Notes: a model not told the origin generated them from the sequence alone. A stretch of 63,586 nt of DNA, filler included, from Octopus bimaculoides (GCF_001194135.2; 5 parts of 4 records of this genome joined end to end with filler, not necessarily neighbours in it), one strand, 5' to 3'; counted from the first letter of the whole stretch, positions 38,153 through 50,900 are shown. Numbers and translations are program-made.

Positions 38153-38317
38153 CATGATGGCCTTCTTTTAGTTTCCATCTACCAAATCCACTCACAGGGC
38201 TTTCGTCGGCCCAGTACTATAGTAGAAGACACTTGCCCAAGGAGCCATGAAGTGGGACTGAACCCAGAACCATGTGGTTAGTAAGCAAGTTACTTACCAC
38301 ACAGCCACTCCTGTGCC
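37927..38317 (-). mobile_element. SINE family A, full length
   Basis: Tail, central CA/TA repeat and head are all present. Confidence 0.9.
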
Positions 38318-38437
38318 TATATATATTTTAGACGTTATCATATCATCTAATATATATAATGTATATGCAATAATGTGATATTGGCTGAGAATACTAGATG
38401 AGTTACTTAAAATGTTAGAGTTTGAAGCCAACCCAAG

Positions 38438-38499
<62 letters not shown>

Positions 38500-39535
38500 C
38501 ACTGATGTTTGGTTAAAGCCTTGCTATGAAACTCTAGGCCCATACATAACCCCTGTAGTATTCACAGCTAATAAAAGATTATATTTACTATGTATTGAGT
38601 TCTCCTCTTCTGGTTGTAGAAGCCAAATGAGCTTTATAAATATATAAAACATGTTTTGTATGTATACATGTGTTAGGGACAGATCTAAATAGAAACATCA
38701 CCCCCCCCCCCTCTCTCCCCTGTACATTCAGTGTTCTGGAACATTCTGTTATAGTTCTATATTTACCATTCTCTGTCTCTCCCGTCCCCCCCTTCGCTAT
38801 TCCTCTTCAGCATCATCCTCTCCCTTGCCCCTGCCATGGTATAAAGAGACTAAAACTGGAGTGATGGTGATGGTGATGTTTAACTTACCTTTTGTAGTTT
38901 AACAATCTACACACCTGGATGTGTGTGTGTATGTATATATATATATATATATATATAAACAAAAAATATACAATTTTGTGTATACATTGTATATATCTAC
39001 AAATCAATGATGTATTTGGTAGTATGTATGTGTGTATGTGTGTGTATACATATATGTGCATTTGTGTGTACATACATACATACATACATATATGTATATA
39101 TGTGTGCATCTGTGCCCCACCTCAGTGATGTCAGAACCTGCCCCCTGTTACAGCAACTTGGGGTCTGTCTTCCTTATATAGGGGCTTTTTTTGGCAACAC
39201 ATAGGGCCCTTGAGCTCTTCGTATACCTTTGTGGGTTTGTGCGTACGTGCAAGCCTACGTGGTGTGGCTGTATTAATTTAGAGTATTTTATGAATGCGTG
39301 TTTGTGAATGGCTCCATATGTATATATGCATGCATGTATGTACATATGTATGTGTATCTGTTCATACATACATACATACATGCATACATGCATATATATA
39401 TACTCGTGTGTATCTGTCTGTCTGTCTCTCTCTCTCTTTCTCATATATATATATCCATATACACACACATAGATATGTGCAACTATATATACAACCATAT
39501 ATGTGTGTATGTTTGTGACAATTTATCCAGTTTTA

Positions 39536-39574
<39 letters not shown>

Positions 39575-40093
39575 GTTGGCCCTCAACTCCTGATCATCAC
39601 CATAATTGTCAGCATCTCTTGTGCATCTTAAATCTGGTGATGCCCATCCCTCTCTGGTTTTCCCCAACCATCAGAGAATATGTGTGTGAGAGAAGAGAGA
39701 GAGAGAGAGAGAGCAAAGAAGATGAGGACGAATATCTGTCAAATGTGAATAATGTATATCATCATCATCATCATCATCATTATCGTTTAATGTCCGCTTT
39801 CCATGCCAGCATAGGGTGGACGATTTTACTGAGGACTGGTGAACCAGATGGCTGCACCAGACTCCAATCTGATCTGGCAGAGTTTCTACAGCTGGATGCC
39901 CTTCCTAATGCCAACCACTTCGAGATTGTAGTGGGTGCTTTTACGTGCCACCGTCACGACGTATATATATATATATAGACCAAAGTAAGCACATAAATGT
40001 GAAATAAGGTGGGAAAAAATAGTACTTGAATACCGGAGGTAGAGTAATATGCTTTATTATTATTATTATTATTAAAGCTGCAAAATCAAATCT

Positions 40094-40137
40094 AAACTGT
40101 CTGATGAATGAGAATATGAAACTCTGACTAGCAGTTT
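40094..40137 (+). ncRNA. Minimal type I hammerhead ribozyme motif with one stem III mismatch, in a probable PLE terminal repeat
   Basis: AAACTGT-CTGATGA-ATG-agaa-TAT-GAAA-CTC-t-GAC-TA-GCAGTTT. Stem I has 7 bp, stem II has 3 bp, and the core is canonical. There is a C.C mismatch at 15.2/16.2. Confidence 0.7.
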
Positions 40138-40394
40138 TTTGTCTTATTTTTGTTGGAGCTTTCTAAGAGGTACTAAAGTTTTCAAGAACTCAACTGTTAG
40201 CTAAACACATTTGAAATCTGATGATTACTCTGATGATTACTAATTTCTGATGATTACTAATCTGATGATTACTAATTTCACTTTATGAGCATTACAATAT
40301 ATATATTTTTTCAATGTTAAAATACCGTAACAAAAACGTGAAAACTAGACCATGTTTTTACTTTATTCAACTGATATATATATATATGTATGTG

Positions 40395-40447
<53 letters not shown>

Positions 40448-41034
40448 CTATGTATGTATGTATGTATATGTATGTATGTATATAGTATCTATATATATAT
40501 GTATGTATATATATATGTATGTATATGTATATGTATGTATGCATATAGTATCTATATATGTATNNNNNNNNNNNNNNNNNNNNNNNNNNNNNNNNNNNNN
40601 NNNNNNNTTAATTAATTAANNNNNNNNNNNNNNNNNNNNNNNNNNNNNNNNNNNNNNNNNNNNAATTGATAATTATTTTGGATGAAAACTAAAGTCAGCC
40701 TCGGCAGGATTCGAGCTCAGAGCCTCCAGACGGACGAAATGCTGCTAAGCATTTTGTCCGACGTGCTAACGATCCCGCCAGCTCATCGCCTTAATAATAA
40801 GAATAATCCTTTCTATTAAAGGCACAAGGCCGGAAATTTTGGAGGAGGGAATAAGCCGATTACATCGACCCTAGTGTTTCACTGGTACTTGATTTATCGA
40901 CCCTGAAAGAATGAAAGGCAGAGTCGACTGCGATGGAATTTGAACTCAGAACGTAAAGACGGACAAAATGCTGCTAAGCATTTTCTCCGGCGTGCTAACG
41001 ATTCTGCCAGATCATTGCCTTAATCTGGGATAAC

Positions 41035-41201
41035 ATTGCCAAATGTACATTATTTACATTATTTACATTATTTACATTTGACGGATATTTGTCCTCATCT
41101 TGTTTGTTATTAACACAACGTTTCGGCCTTCAAATGTAAATAATGTAAATAATGTACATAATTCCTCATCTATTTAAACATAGAACTGTATTGCCAAATG
41201 T
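41035..41201. mobile_element. Short retro-insertion with 5' inversion and a 12 bp TSD (probably derived from a PLE terminal repeat)
   Basis: TSD ATTGCCAAATGT at 41035-41046 and 41190-41201. Inverted arms carry (TACATTATT)n and (AATAATGTA)n. A related piece lies at ~39712-39757. It contains GCCGAAACG, the 3' half of a hammerhead core, on the minus strand. Confidence 0.7.
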
Positions 41202-41646
41202 GTTTCTCCTATTCAGCTCGTTTCTTGACTTATGTTTGGCCATCCTCCTTTTATTCATAGATAACTGTGGTGAAATAAGTTGCTTTGCAACAGCATGGTT
41301 TTAGTCAGTCCCACGGTGTGGGATTTTGGGAAAATATCTTCGACTATTGTATCTTGCGCCGATAAATACCATGTCAGTGAATTTGTTGCACGGACACTGT
41401 CTATATCTTTTAATCTTTTACTTGTTTCATTCATTAGTGTGCGGCCATTTGTGGGGCGCTGCCTTAAAGAAATTTTAGTCGAGCGACTTGCCCCCAGTAT
41501 TGATGTTTTGTTTTTGTTTTTTAAGGCTGGTACTTATACTATCGTTACCTTTAACCGAAGCGCTATTTTACAGGGACGTCAACACTCACACCAGTTGTCA
41601 AGCGGCGGTGAGAGACAATATATATACACACACACACATTTGTGTG

Positions 41647-41698
<52 letters not shown>

Positions 41699-41719
41699 AA
41701 TGGAATATGAACGTACAAT

Positions 41720-42400
41720 AAAAATATACGGACAGATAGACGATACAAAGACGGACAGGAAAAAAACAAGGACGAGTCATTCGTGACCTTCTATTCATCA
41801 GTCAAGTTTCCAATAATCATTACAGTTTCGGCCTGTTACACTTGAGACTGTTCAAAATTGGTTGGCCCAAAAAATCTAAGCTAAGAGCATTACATTTTTA
41901 GATGACAAAAAAACGAGAAAACGAAGAAAATGTTACACGATTACAAATACAAACAAGAGAATAACAACAGGAGTCTTTCGACTAATAAGGACGAATCAAG
42001 TTGAGCTGACGTGTGGAATGAAAGCCTAGAGGTATAAACATAGATGTAAGTCAGGAAACAGGAAAATAAGGGGTTGTACGGGCGGCGGTCAGGCCAAGAA
42101 AGAAAGATCATGCTTGGCTGAACATCGGTAACGTGGAAGGAAAAGAGAGAGGTAGGGGTAAAGGGGCTAAAGAATTAGGGAAGGAACTAGAGAGAGGGGG
42201 GAAGGGACGAGGAAAAGGTACAAGGGAAATAAAGAAGGAAAGTAGAGAGATTAGAGAAAGAGAATGCCAAGAGATGTGAGAGAGGGGAGCGAAAAATAGA
42301 AAAGAAGAAAGAAAGAAGAAAGTATAAGGGAGACTAAAAGAAGGAGTAAAAAAACGTCGTACAGAATTTAGATAGACTTACATTGTGAACAAAAAGTGTA
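41720..42400 (-). mobile_element. Probable PLE 3' UTR/pseudo-LTR remnant with decayed hammerhead-like motifs
   Basis: Pyrimidine-rich minus strand with CTGATGA..GAAT..GTC (41765-41806) and TTGATTC-GTCC-ttatta-GTC-GAAA (41972-42006). It lies between the 3' half (~41420-41610) and 5' half (42433-42614) of a minus-strand family A SINE. Confidence 0.4.
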
Positions 42401-42681
42401 CATATGCCGCTATATGTATATATAAATTTAAAAAATGGAATAAGAACGTAACGGACGACAGGCTTCTTTCAGTTTCCGTCTACGATATCCACTCACAAGG
42501 CTTTGAACAGCATGAAATTATAGCAGAAGACACTTGCCCAAGATACCATGCAGTGGGACTAAACCTAAACCCTGTGGCTGGGGGACGAAACGTCTTACCG
42601 CACAGCCACGCCTACGCCTATATGTATGTGTATGTGTGTCTGTGTTTGTGTGTTTGTCTGTCTGTGTTTGTGCGTGTTTCT

Positions 42682-42746
<65 letters not shown>

Positions 42747-43148
42747 TGTGTGTGTGTGTGTTTCTTGACAACAAGTATAGGTTTGTTTGTTTGTTTGTTT
42801 ACGCCCTTTCAATTTTGCAATTCAGTAAGAAAAGCAAATCACCGATGCATTAAGTAGTAGACTTGATAAAAACAAAAAAAAAACATACTGGGAGTCGATT
42901 CAGGGCGCTGCCCCAGAATGGCCCCAGTTCAATGACTTAAACGAGTAAGCGATAGAAAGATAGGATTATATTAAAGTCAGCAGAGTGTGAGTGGAGTGCT
43001 ATCTCTAGCAGGTTGAACTATTGAGCAGACTTTTGGCATATAGACAACAGACCAGCGGACAGTTGACCACCTTCCCACACTCTATCTGTCTAGTTATATC
43101 ATGACGCCGCCTAGCATCTAAAATCCCTACTGCTGCTGCTGCTGCTGC

Positions 43149-43197
<49 letters not shown>

Positions 43198-43439
43198 AGC
43201 ATTGTTATTGCTATTCTTATTTCCATTTTATATTCTGTTGCGTTGTGATTATCGTATATATTTTGTATGCAGCCAGATTTTACAATATCGAACATGCAAT
43301 AAACCCAAACCCATATATGTATATACGTGTGTGTGTGTGTGTGTGTCTTCGTGTTTTTGTATGTGTATATATATATATGTGTGTATGTATATATATAAAT
43401 ATATATATGTATATATGTGTGTGTGTATGTGTGTGTATG

Positions 43440-43501
<62 letters not shown>

Positions 43502-43981
43502 TACATGCATACACTCATGCAAGTATGTATGGATGTAAAATAACCTGATAAAAATGTAAAATCAATTTGTGACATCTGTGATAGTTTGAACGATTGTAGA
43601 CAGACAACAAAGGATCAAAGATTTGTAATCCTTGCATTAAGATAGAGCTTTGACGTTATCGTCTGCTGTCATAACTTCAGTTTATTTCTTTAATGATCGA
43701 ACAAACTGAATGGCGCTCAGTATGTACTTCAGAGAAACACTGAATGTTCAAAACTTCGTTAGCTGAAACACTGACTGGGAGGGCGTCGTTAAATGAAACA
43801 TCGAACAGAGAGGAAGATTAAAATGTTGCTAAATGATATAAGCATCGTATCACAGTCAACATCAGTCATTGAGAGAGTGCATCTGCATCGTTGTTTGGTA
43901 TACTAGAAATAGCAACCAATTAACCACGAGTCATATCTTATCATATAGAAGAAAAGAGACACTAAACAAGTAACTCCAGAT

Positions 43982-44252
43982 CAGTGGTTCTCAACCAATT
44001 TTTACCTGTGGATTCCTTAGATTCCTCTTCTACTAGGGTGGACCCTAATAGCTATTCAATGTTTAAAAATATTCTATTATAGGCGCAGTCGTGGTTGTGT
44101 GGTAAGAGGGTTGCTTCCCAAAAACATGGATCGAGGTCCAGTCTCACTGCGTGGCACCTTAGACAAGTGTCTTCTGTAGCCTCATATCGACCAAAGCTGT
44201 GTTGTTGTGTGAGTGGATTTGGGGTAGATGGAAACTGAAAGAACCCTGTCGA

Positions 44253-44283
<31 letters not shown>

Positions 44284-45476
44284 NNNNNNNNNNNNNNNNN
44301 NNNNNNNNNNNNNNNNNNNNNNNNNNNNNNNNNNNNNNNNNNNNNNNNNNNNNNNNNNNNNNNNNNNNNNNNNNNNNNNNNNNNNNNNNNNNNNNNNNNN
44401 NNNNNNNNNNNNNNNNNNNNNNNNNNNNNNNNNNNNNNNNNNNNNNNNNNNNNNNNNNNNNNNNNNNNNNNNNNNNNNNNNNNNNNNNNNNNNNNNNNNN
44501 NNNNNNNNNNNNNNNNNNNNNNNNNNNNNNNNNNNNNNNNNNNNNNNNNNNNNNNNNNNNNNNNNNNNNNNNNNNNNNNNNNNNNNNNNNNNNNNNNNNN
44601 NNNNNNNNNNNNNNNNNNNNNNNNNNNNNNNNNNNNNNNNNNNNNNNNNNNNNNNNNNNNNNNTATCTAGTGGTGATAGCAAAGGGACAATTACTTCTAA
44701 AGAGAGGGAAGGTGTAAGCAGTATGCATGGGCAAGGTTATAAAAATAAAAGTATTAGAATCTAGAGGTTTCACTGGTCATAGTAGTATCAGGTCATTTTA
44801 TTACTATCAAAATGTTGAGGAATTAATGTTGAGGAATTATAGCCCTAGGTATATGGGTCAAATAGGTTTTTTACTTTTAGTCTGAATAGAGTAACAGTAT
44901 AGTGGTACAGACAACAACAGAATTCTAACTAATGTTTACACAATAAGAGGTATGTTAATAAAATAAAATTAGATGTAGTTATCTTTCACAAAAATCATGA
45001 AATAATGTCAATATTGAATTCAGGGGTTCTGGATAGGGTGTAAAATTTAAGGATATTAAGTATATTATATATATATGAGTGAGGAGTGTCTTTATGTCTG
45101 TCTTTGTCCACCACCACCGCTTGACAACCGGTGTTGGTGTGTTTACGTCACCGTAACTTAGTGGTTCGGCAAAAGAGTCTGATAGAATAAGTACTAAGCT
45201 TTAAAAATATTAGTCCCGCAGTTGATTTATTAGAATAAATGAACCCTTCAAGGCGTTACTTCAGCATGGCCGCAGTCAAATGACTGAAACACGTAAAAGA
45301 TAAAAGATAGCCGTAACTGTGTGGTTACAAGCTTCCTTCCCAACCACGTGGTTGGGAGTTCAGTCCCACTACGTGCACCTTGTACAAGTGTCTTCAACTA
45401 TAGCCTCGGGCTACCCAAAGTCTTGTGAGTGGAATTGGTAGACGGAAACTGAAAGAAGCCCCATGTGTATATGTGC

Positions 45477-45525
<49 letters not shown>

Positions 45526-46278
45526 TGGCACTCCGTCGCTTACGACGTCGAGGGTTCTAGTTGATCCGATCAACGGAACAGCTTGCTCGTGAAATTAACG
45601 TGCAAGTGGCTGAGCACTCCACAGACACGTGTACCCTTAACATAGTTCNNNNNNNNNNAGGGTTCTAGTTGATCCGATCAACGGAACAGCTTGCTCGTGA
45701 AATTAACGTGCAAGTGGCTGAGCACTCCACAGACACGTGTACCCTTAACATAGTTCTCGGGGATATTCAGCGTGACACAGTGTGACAAGGCTGACCCTTT
45801 GAATTACAGGCACAACAGAAACAGAAGGAAAGAGTGAGAGAAAGTTGTGGTGAAAGAGGGTTATAATTCTACAGTTCACAAAATGTTTTAATTTTTTTTA
45901 AACTATACCTAATTATGGAATTATCATTTATCTTCTATCTTTTACTTGTTTCAACTTTTAGACTACGGGCATGCTGGGGCACCGCCTTGAAGAATTTATA
46001 GTCGAATATATCAACAAAAGCATTTATTTTTTTAAAGCCTGATACTTATTCAGTTCGTCCTTTTTATCGAGACTCTAAGTTAGAAAGTCTNNNNNNNNNN
46101 NNNNNNNNNNNNNNNNNNNNNNNNNNNNNNNNNNNNNNNNNNNNNNNNNNNNNNNNNNNNNNNNNNNNNNNNTTTTATAATTAGGTATAGTTTTTAAAAA
46201 ATTTTAACATTTTGTGAACTGTAGAATTATAACCCATTTTTGCACAAATTTTATATGGACCCCTGTTTTGAACCACTA
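43982..46278 (+). mobile_element. hAT/Charlie-like MITE split by ~2.1 kb of nested SINEs and gaps
   Basis: Left TIR CAGTGGTTCTCAA (43982); right half at 46174-46278 ends TTGAACCACTA. The flanks CTCCAGAT/ATCTAGAT match 6/8 and fit the NTCTAGAN type. The two halves together align to the reverse complement of the 31684-32496 MITE. Confidence 0.65.
45520..45858 (-). mobile_element. SINE family E, 3' part with a (CAA)n tail
   Basis: GC-rich block ending ...CGTAAGCGACGGAGTGCCAACAACAACAAC on the minus strand. About 100 bp is duplicated across a 10-N gap. Confidence 0.65.
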
Positions 46279-46377
46279 ATCTAGATATTTAAAAACACTC
46301 GATAGTCATCGACGGAACTCCTTTAGTGACACGCCTTCTTAATTAGGGCTGATTTTGAGGCAGAATAAAGATTACAA

Positions 46378-46444
46378 GGCTGTTGCTGTGGTTAACGTTG
46401 GCGCGTAATCACAGGGATGTGAGTTCGAGTCTCATGGCTGGCCG
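46378..46444 (+). pseudogene. tRNA-like SINE head or tRNA pseudogene
   Basis: GGCTGTTGCTGTGGTTAA...GTTCGAGTC has A/B-box-like motifs, but the stems are poor. It is not a functional tRNA. Confidence 0.35.
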
Positions 46445-46494
46445 GTAACGTATTTTTCTGCAATGTATGGATAATTTATCCAATACATTTACCA

Positions 46495-47236
46495 ATAATT
46501 CTCGGGAGTGGCCATGGGAACGAGAATGGGCCACAACTATGCGAACCTATTCGTAGGTTACGTTGAGGCCTAAATATTCTCACGATTCACTGGTCCCACT
46601 CCTGAACTATACGATCGTTATATTGATAACTGTATCGGTGCGACTTCACTCTCCCACAATCAACTAGACTCCTTCTTCTCTCATTTGTCCTATCTTTCCA
46701 TCCTGCCCTCGAATTCTCCTGCACTATTTCCAACATTTCTCGGCATTTCGGTCAGCATACACAACTCCACTCTCGCGACCTCCATCCACTACAAACACAC
46801 CGACTCACACTTTAAACTCTCCTTCTTCCCCCAACCCTACCCACTCCAAGCTCTCCATACCCTACTCCTAATTCCTACATCTGCGCGGGCTCAATTTCAA
46901 CTCATGACTCACCACTTCGTCCTTCGAGAATATCCCTTCACTACTATCCACACAGCCCTTGCCAGAGCACTTCCGTAAGCCCTACCTCTGCTCGGTCTCC
47001 CTACACTCACCCCCACTGTTGCCCGTCTCCCGTTTCCCCTCACCTACCACCCCTCCACCCTGCCTCTCCAACGCACCATTCACCGAGCCTTCCGGCGAAT
47101 CCAGTCCGACCCCTTTACCTCGCACATCTTCCCCCAACCTACCCCTTCCTTCCTTCAAACGAGCCCACAGCATGCGTGATCTTCTAGTCCACATTTTCTT
47201 CCCTAACTCTACCTCCCCCGCTGGTTGACCGGTTCG
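46495..47236 (+). mobile_element. Penelope-like (Neptune-type) RT relic
   Basis: Translation SGVAMGTRMGHNYANLFVGYVEA*IFS..TGPTPELYDRYIDNCIG, then FHPALEF, FLGISVSI, HYKHTDSH, SIPYS and LPLTYHP..PLPSFKRAHSMRDLLVH. It has frameshifts and ends at a gap. Confidence 0.88.
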
Positions 47237-48244
47237 NNNNNNNNNNNNNNNNNNNNNNNNNNNNNNNNNNNNNNNNNNNNNNNNNNNNNNNNNNNNNNNN
47301 NNNNNNNNNNNNNNNNNNNNNNNNNNNNNNNNNNNNNNNNNNNNNNNNNNNNNNNNNNNNNNNNNNNNNNNNNNNNNNNNNNNNNNNNNNNNNNNNNNNN
47401 NNNNNNNNNNNNNNNNNNNNNNNNNNNNNNNNNNNNNNNNNNNNNNNNNNNNNNNNNNNNNNNNNNNNNNNNNNNNNNNNNNNNNNNNNNNNNNNNNNNN
47501 NNNNNNNNNNNNNNNNNNNNNNNNNNNNNNNNNNNNNNNNNNNNNNNNNNNNNNNNNNNNNNNNNNNNNNNNNNNNNNNNNNNNNNNNNNNNNNNNNNNN
47601 NNNNNNNNNNNNNNNNNNNNNNNNNNNNNNNNNNNNNNNNNNNNNNNNNNNNNNNNNNNNNNNNNNNNNNNNNNNNNNNNNNNNNNNNNNNNNNNNNNNN
47701 NNNNNNNNNNNNNNNNNNNNNNNNNNNNNNNNNNNNNNNNNNNNNNNNNNNNNNNNNNNNNNNNNNNNNNNNNNNNNNNNNNNNNNNNNNNNNNNNNNNN
47801 NNNNNNNNNNNNNNNNNNNNNNNNNNNNNNNNNNNNNNNCACATACTTCCTCTCTTCACTCCTACCCTCCTTCTCTCTTCATTGATACCCCCTCCACCCA
47901 CACCCCACACCTACCTTAATCCCTACACCACACACAGCCCGACATTCCGACACCACACACAACCGCATCACATCACACTACACCACTCCACACACACTAG
48001 CACTGACCACTTCCCAGCAGCCACATCACACACCATCATCTGCACATCCACACATTACAGACGCACACATACACGCACACATGCACACACGTCGAAATCA
48101 CTAGCTACTATCCATACACACACATTCTCTCATACACACGCACGGGTACCTTCGTTAGGGCAGGACGCATTGTTAGAATAGCTCATCCCGCGAAAACAAA
48201 TTAAATGAAATTTGTGATGCGGATGAATTAAGTGGCAAACAGAA

Positions 48245-48282
<38 letters not shown>

Positions 48283-48668
48283 NNNNNNNNNNAAAATGTG
48301 AATATGGAATATATTGCATAGAATATGGAATAAATAGTGTATATAGGAAAATGAAATGAAGCAATGTCTTATTGGATAAATGAAATATTGAATATTAAAT
48401 ATTAAATATTGAAGGACTAGTATACATTCCTGCTTTCTAGCAATCTTCAAGGTCCCATGTGACAGAAATGTTTCAACTATAGTAGACTGGCTATCTTTTG
48501 TCTTTTATATACATTCCTGTTGACAGCAGTAGTAGTTGTTTGGCTATTTTTAGAGATGATGCCAAACCATTTTTTAATGTTTATTTTTAGAAATGATGAC
48601 ATTTGAGAGTTTTTTTGTGTTTTAGTTATAGGGATAAGATTTTTAAACCCAAAATAAGATTAATTTAA

Positions 48669-50475
48669 TCATTGTTTGTTAAGTTTGGGTTTGAATTTCT
48701 TAATAAAGTCCTTTTCTCTCAGTTTTCTCTCAATTTCATTCAGGTTGTAAAGTTTATGGAATGGAAATATCATAAAAGGTTTTCGACCACATGTTGCTAG
48801 ATGGTTACTCAGTGGTATTTGACGGACCTCTGGGTTTTTAATCTGTTGTCGATGCACACGCGAGCATTCTGATAGTGCATTACCTGTCTGGTCAACGTAC
48901 AGTTCTTCACAATTTGGGCATTTGGTGCAGTAGATTAGATTTCTACTTTTGCAGTTCATGTTCGCATTGGTGAATATTTTCCCTGTTTTTGTGTTCATGT
49001 ATGGGCCGGTATGAATTAATTGGCATGTACCGCATCGGCTATCATTGCATTTAGACACAGTGAATGTTTGATTTTTGTTGCTGAGGTCAAACCTTGCCTT
49101 TGTTAATAGCTTTTTCAAGTTTTTAGGTTGTCTCTTACTCAGAGTTATATTTTGATCTGTAATGATATTTCTCAATTCCTTACTTTGTGCAATGATTGGT
49201 AGGTTTGCTTTAGCGATATTGAAGATGTTCTGGTGGCATGGATTTTGTGTCACTATAAATGGTATGATTTGTTCTTGTTTTTCTCTTCTTTGCGGTGTCC
49301 TCAGTTGTTGTATTGGTATCTTCGAAGCCCGCTGAATACCATTTTCTATAAGTAGTGACGGGTATTTTTGTTTGAGCAGAAATTCTTTCAGTCCCAGCAG
49401 GCGCTGATTTCTGGTCTTTATATCCTCTACAATGGTACAGATTCTTCTGGCTAAGCAGTATGGGATATTACGTTTTGCATGCGGTGGATGGCACGATTTA
49501 AAATTCAGGTATTGGTGTGTATCTGTGTGTTTATAATATAAATCTGTGGTAATGGCGGTGTTTTTTTTAACTACCATTATATCTAGAAATGGTAATTTGG
49601 TACTTCTCATCTCCTTTGTAAATTGGATGGATGGGTGTAGGTTGTTCAGGAGGATGTTGAATTCTTCCACGGTGTTTTGAGATTTTGTCCAGATTAAAAA
49701 ACAATCGTCAAGGTATCTCTTCCATGCTTTTTCAATATACTTCCTAAATTCAATGCTGTATCTCCCCTCTATTTCCTGGTAGAGTTTTTGTTCTAAGTAT
49801 CCCATCACCGAATTCGCATAAACGGAAGCATACCTCGTTCCCATAGCCGTGCCTTTAATTTAGATATAGTTCTTTCCATTGAAGAAGAAAGTGTTGCTTT
49901 CCAGAATAAGTCTCACTGAGACTAATATAAATGTCACTGTGAATTTGTTGGGAATTGCTTCTCTATGTTTATCTACCCAGTATTTGATCGCCTTTATTCC
50001 TAAATCATGTGGGATAGTGGTGTACAGGCTTACTACATCAAAGCTTAGTAGGATTGAATTTGTTCCAGTGGTTTTGGGAAGATGGGATAGAAAGTCGATG
50101 TCATCCCGAATGAAGCTGGGTATGTAGATACATAGTGGTTTCAAAATAATGTCGATGAAATTGCTTAGACGGTGAGTAGGGCATGCTGGGCCAGTTTTAA
50201 TTGGTCTAAGTTTTAAATCTTTTGGATATAGCACTTTTATGTATTCACTTCCTTGTTCTTTTACTGCCTGTTGAATATCTTCTGACTTATGTATTTTTGG
50301 TAAGCCGCAAAAGTTGCTGGGTTTGGCTCGAAATTGGTGATGTAGCCTCTTTCGTTGTCAGTGAGTGAGTTGTAGTGTTTAGAAATCAGGTGGTTGATCT
50401 TCTTCATGATGTGGTGGTCTATATTCGAGGGTATTTCACAATAGAAGGTTGTATCCTTCAGTTGTTCCTCAACCC
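48669..50475 (-). mobile_element. Near-complete Penelope-like element ORF (RT + thumb + linker + GIY-YIG), 5' truncated
   Basis: Motifs LPKIHK, LRPI, SFDVVSLYTTIPH, GTAMGT, RYLDD, LPFLD, YYKHTDTHQYL, SCHP, KRQPKNLKKLL, CNDSRCGTC and NLIYCTKCPNCEELYVDQT...KFKPKLN. The only lesions seen are one in-frame TAA (49860-49862), one frameshift (~50320) and YVD in place of YIG. Confidence 0.95.
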
Positions 50476-50729
50476 TCAGCTTGGAACCACGGATTTCTTT
50501 CAATTCCCATCTAACAATTACAACCACAAGTTTTTGGTCGCCTCGAAGATATAGAGGACAGTTGCCCAAGGTGCCAAGCTGAGGGGCTGAACCAGAACCG
50601 TGTGGTTTGCAAGCAAGCTTCTTACCAGGCAGCAACGCCCGTGTATATGTATGTGTATGTATGTGTGTGTTTGTGTATGTGTGTTTGTGTGTGTGTGTTT
50701 GTGTTTGTGTGTGTGTGTGTGTGTGTGTG

Positions 50730-50900
50730 CTTGTCACCCCTATGCTGGAGTGTTTGCGTCCCCGTAACCTAGCGGTTCGGCAAAAGAGACCGATAGAATA
50801 AGTACTAGGCTTACAAAGAATAAGTCTTGGGATCGATTAGCTCGACTAAAGGCGGTGCTCCAGCATGGCCACAGTCAAATGACTGATGCAAGTAAAAGAA
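50730..50900 (+). mobile_element. SINE family A, 3' half (a minus-strand head lies at 50505-50640)
   Basis: High identity to 61330-61514. Confidence 0.85.

Noticed and set aside
45550-45755. ~100 bp exact direct repeat either side of a 10-N gap
   Set aside because: Typical unmerged contig overlap.
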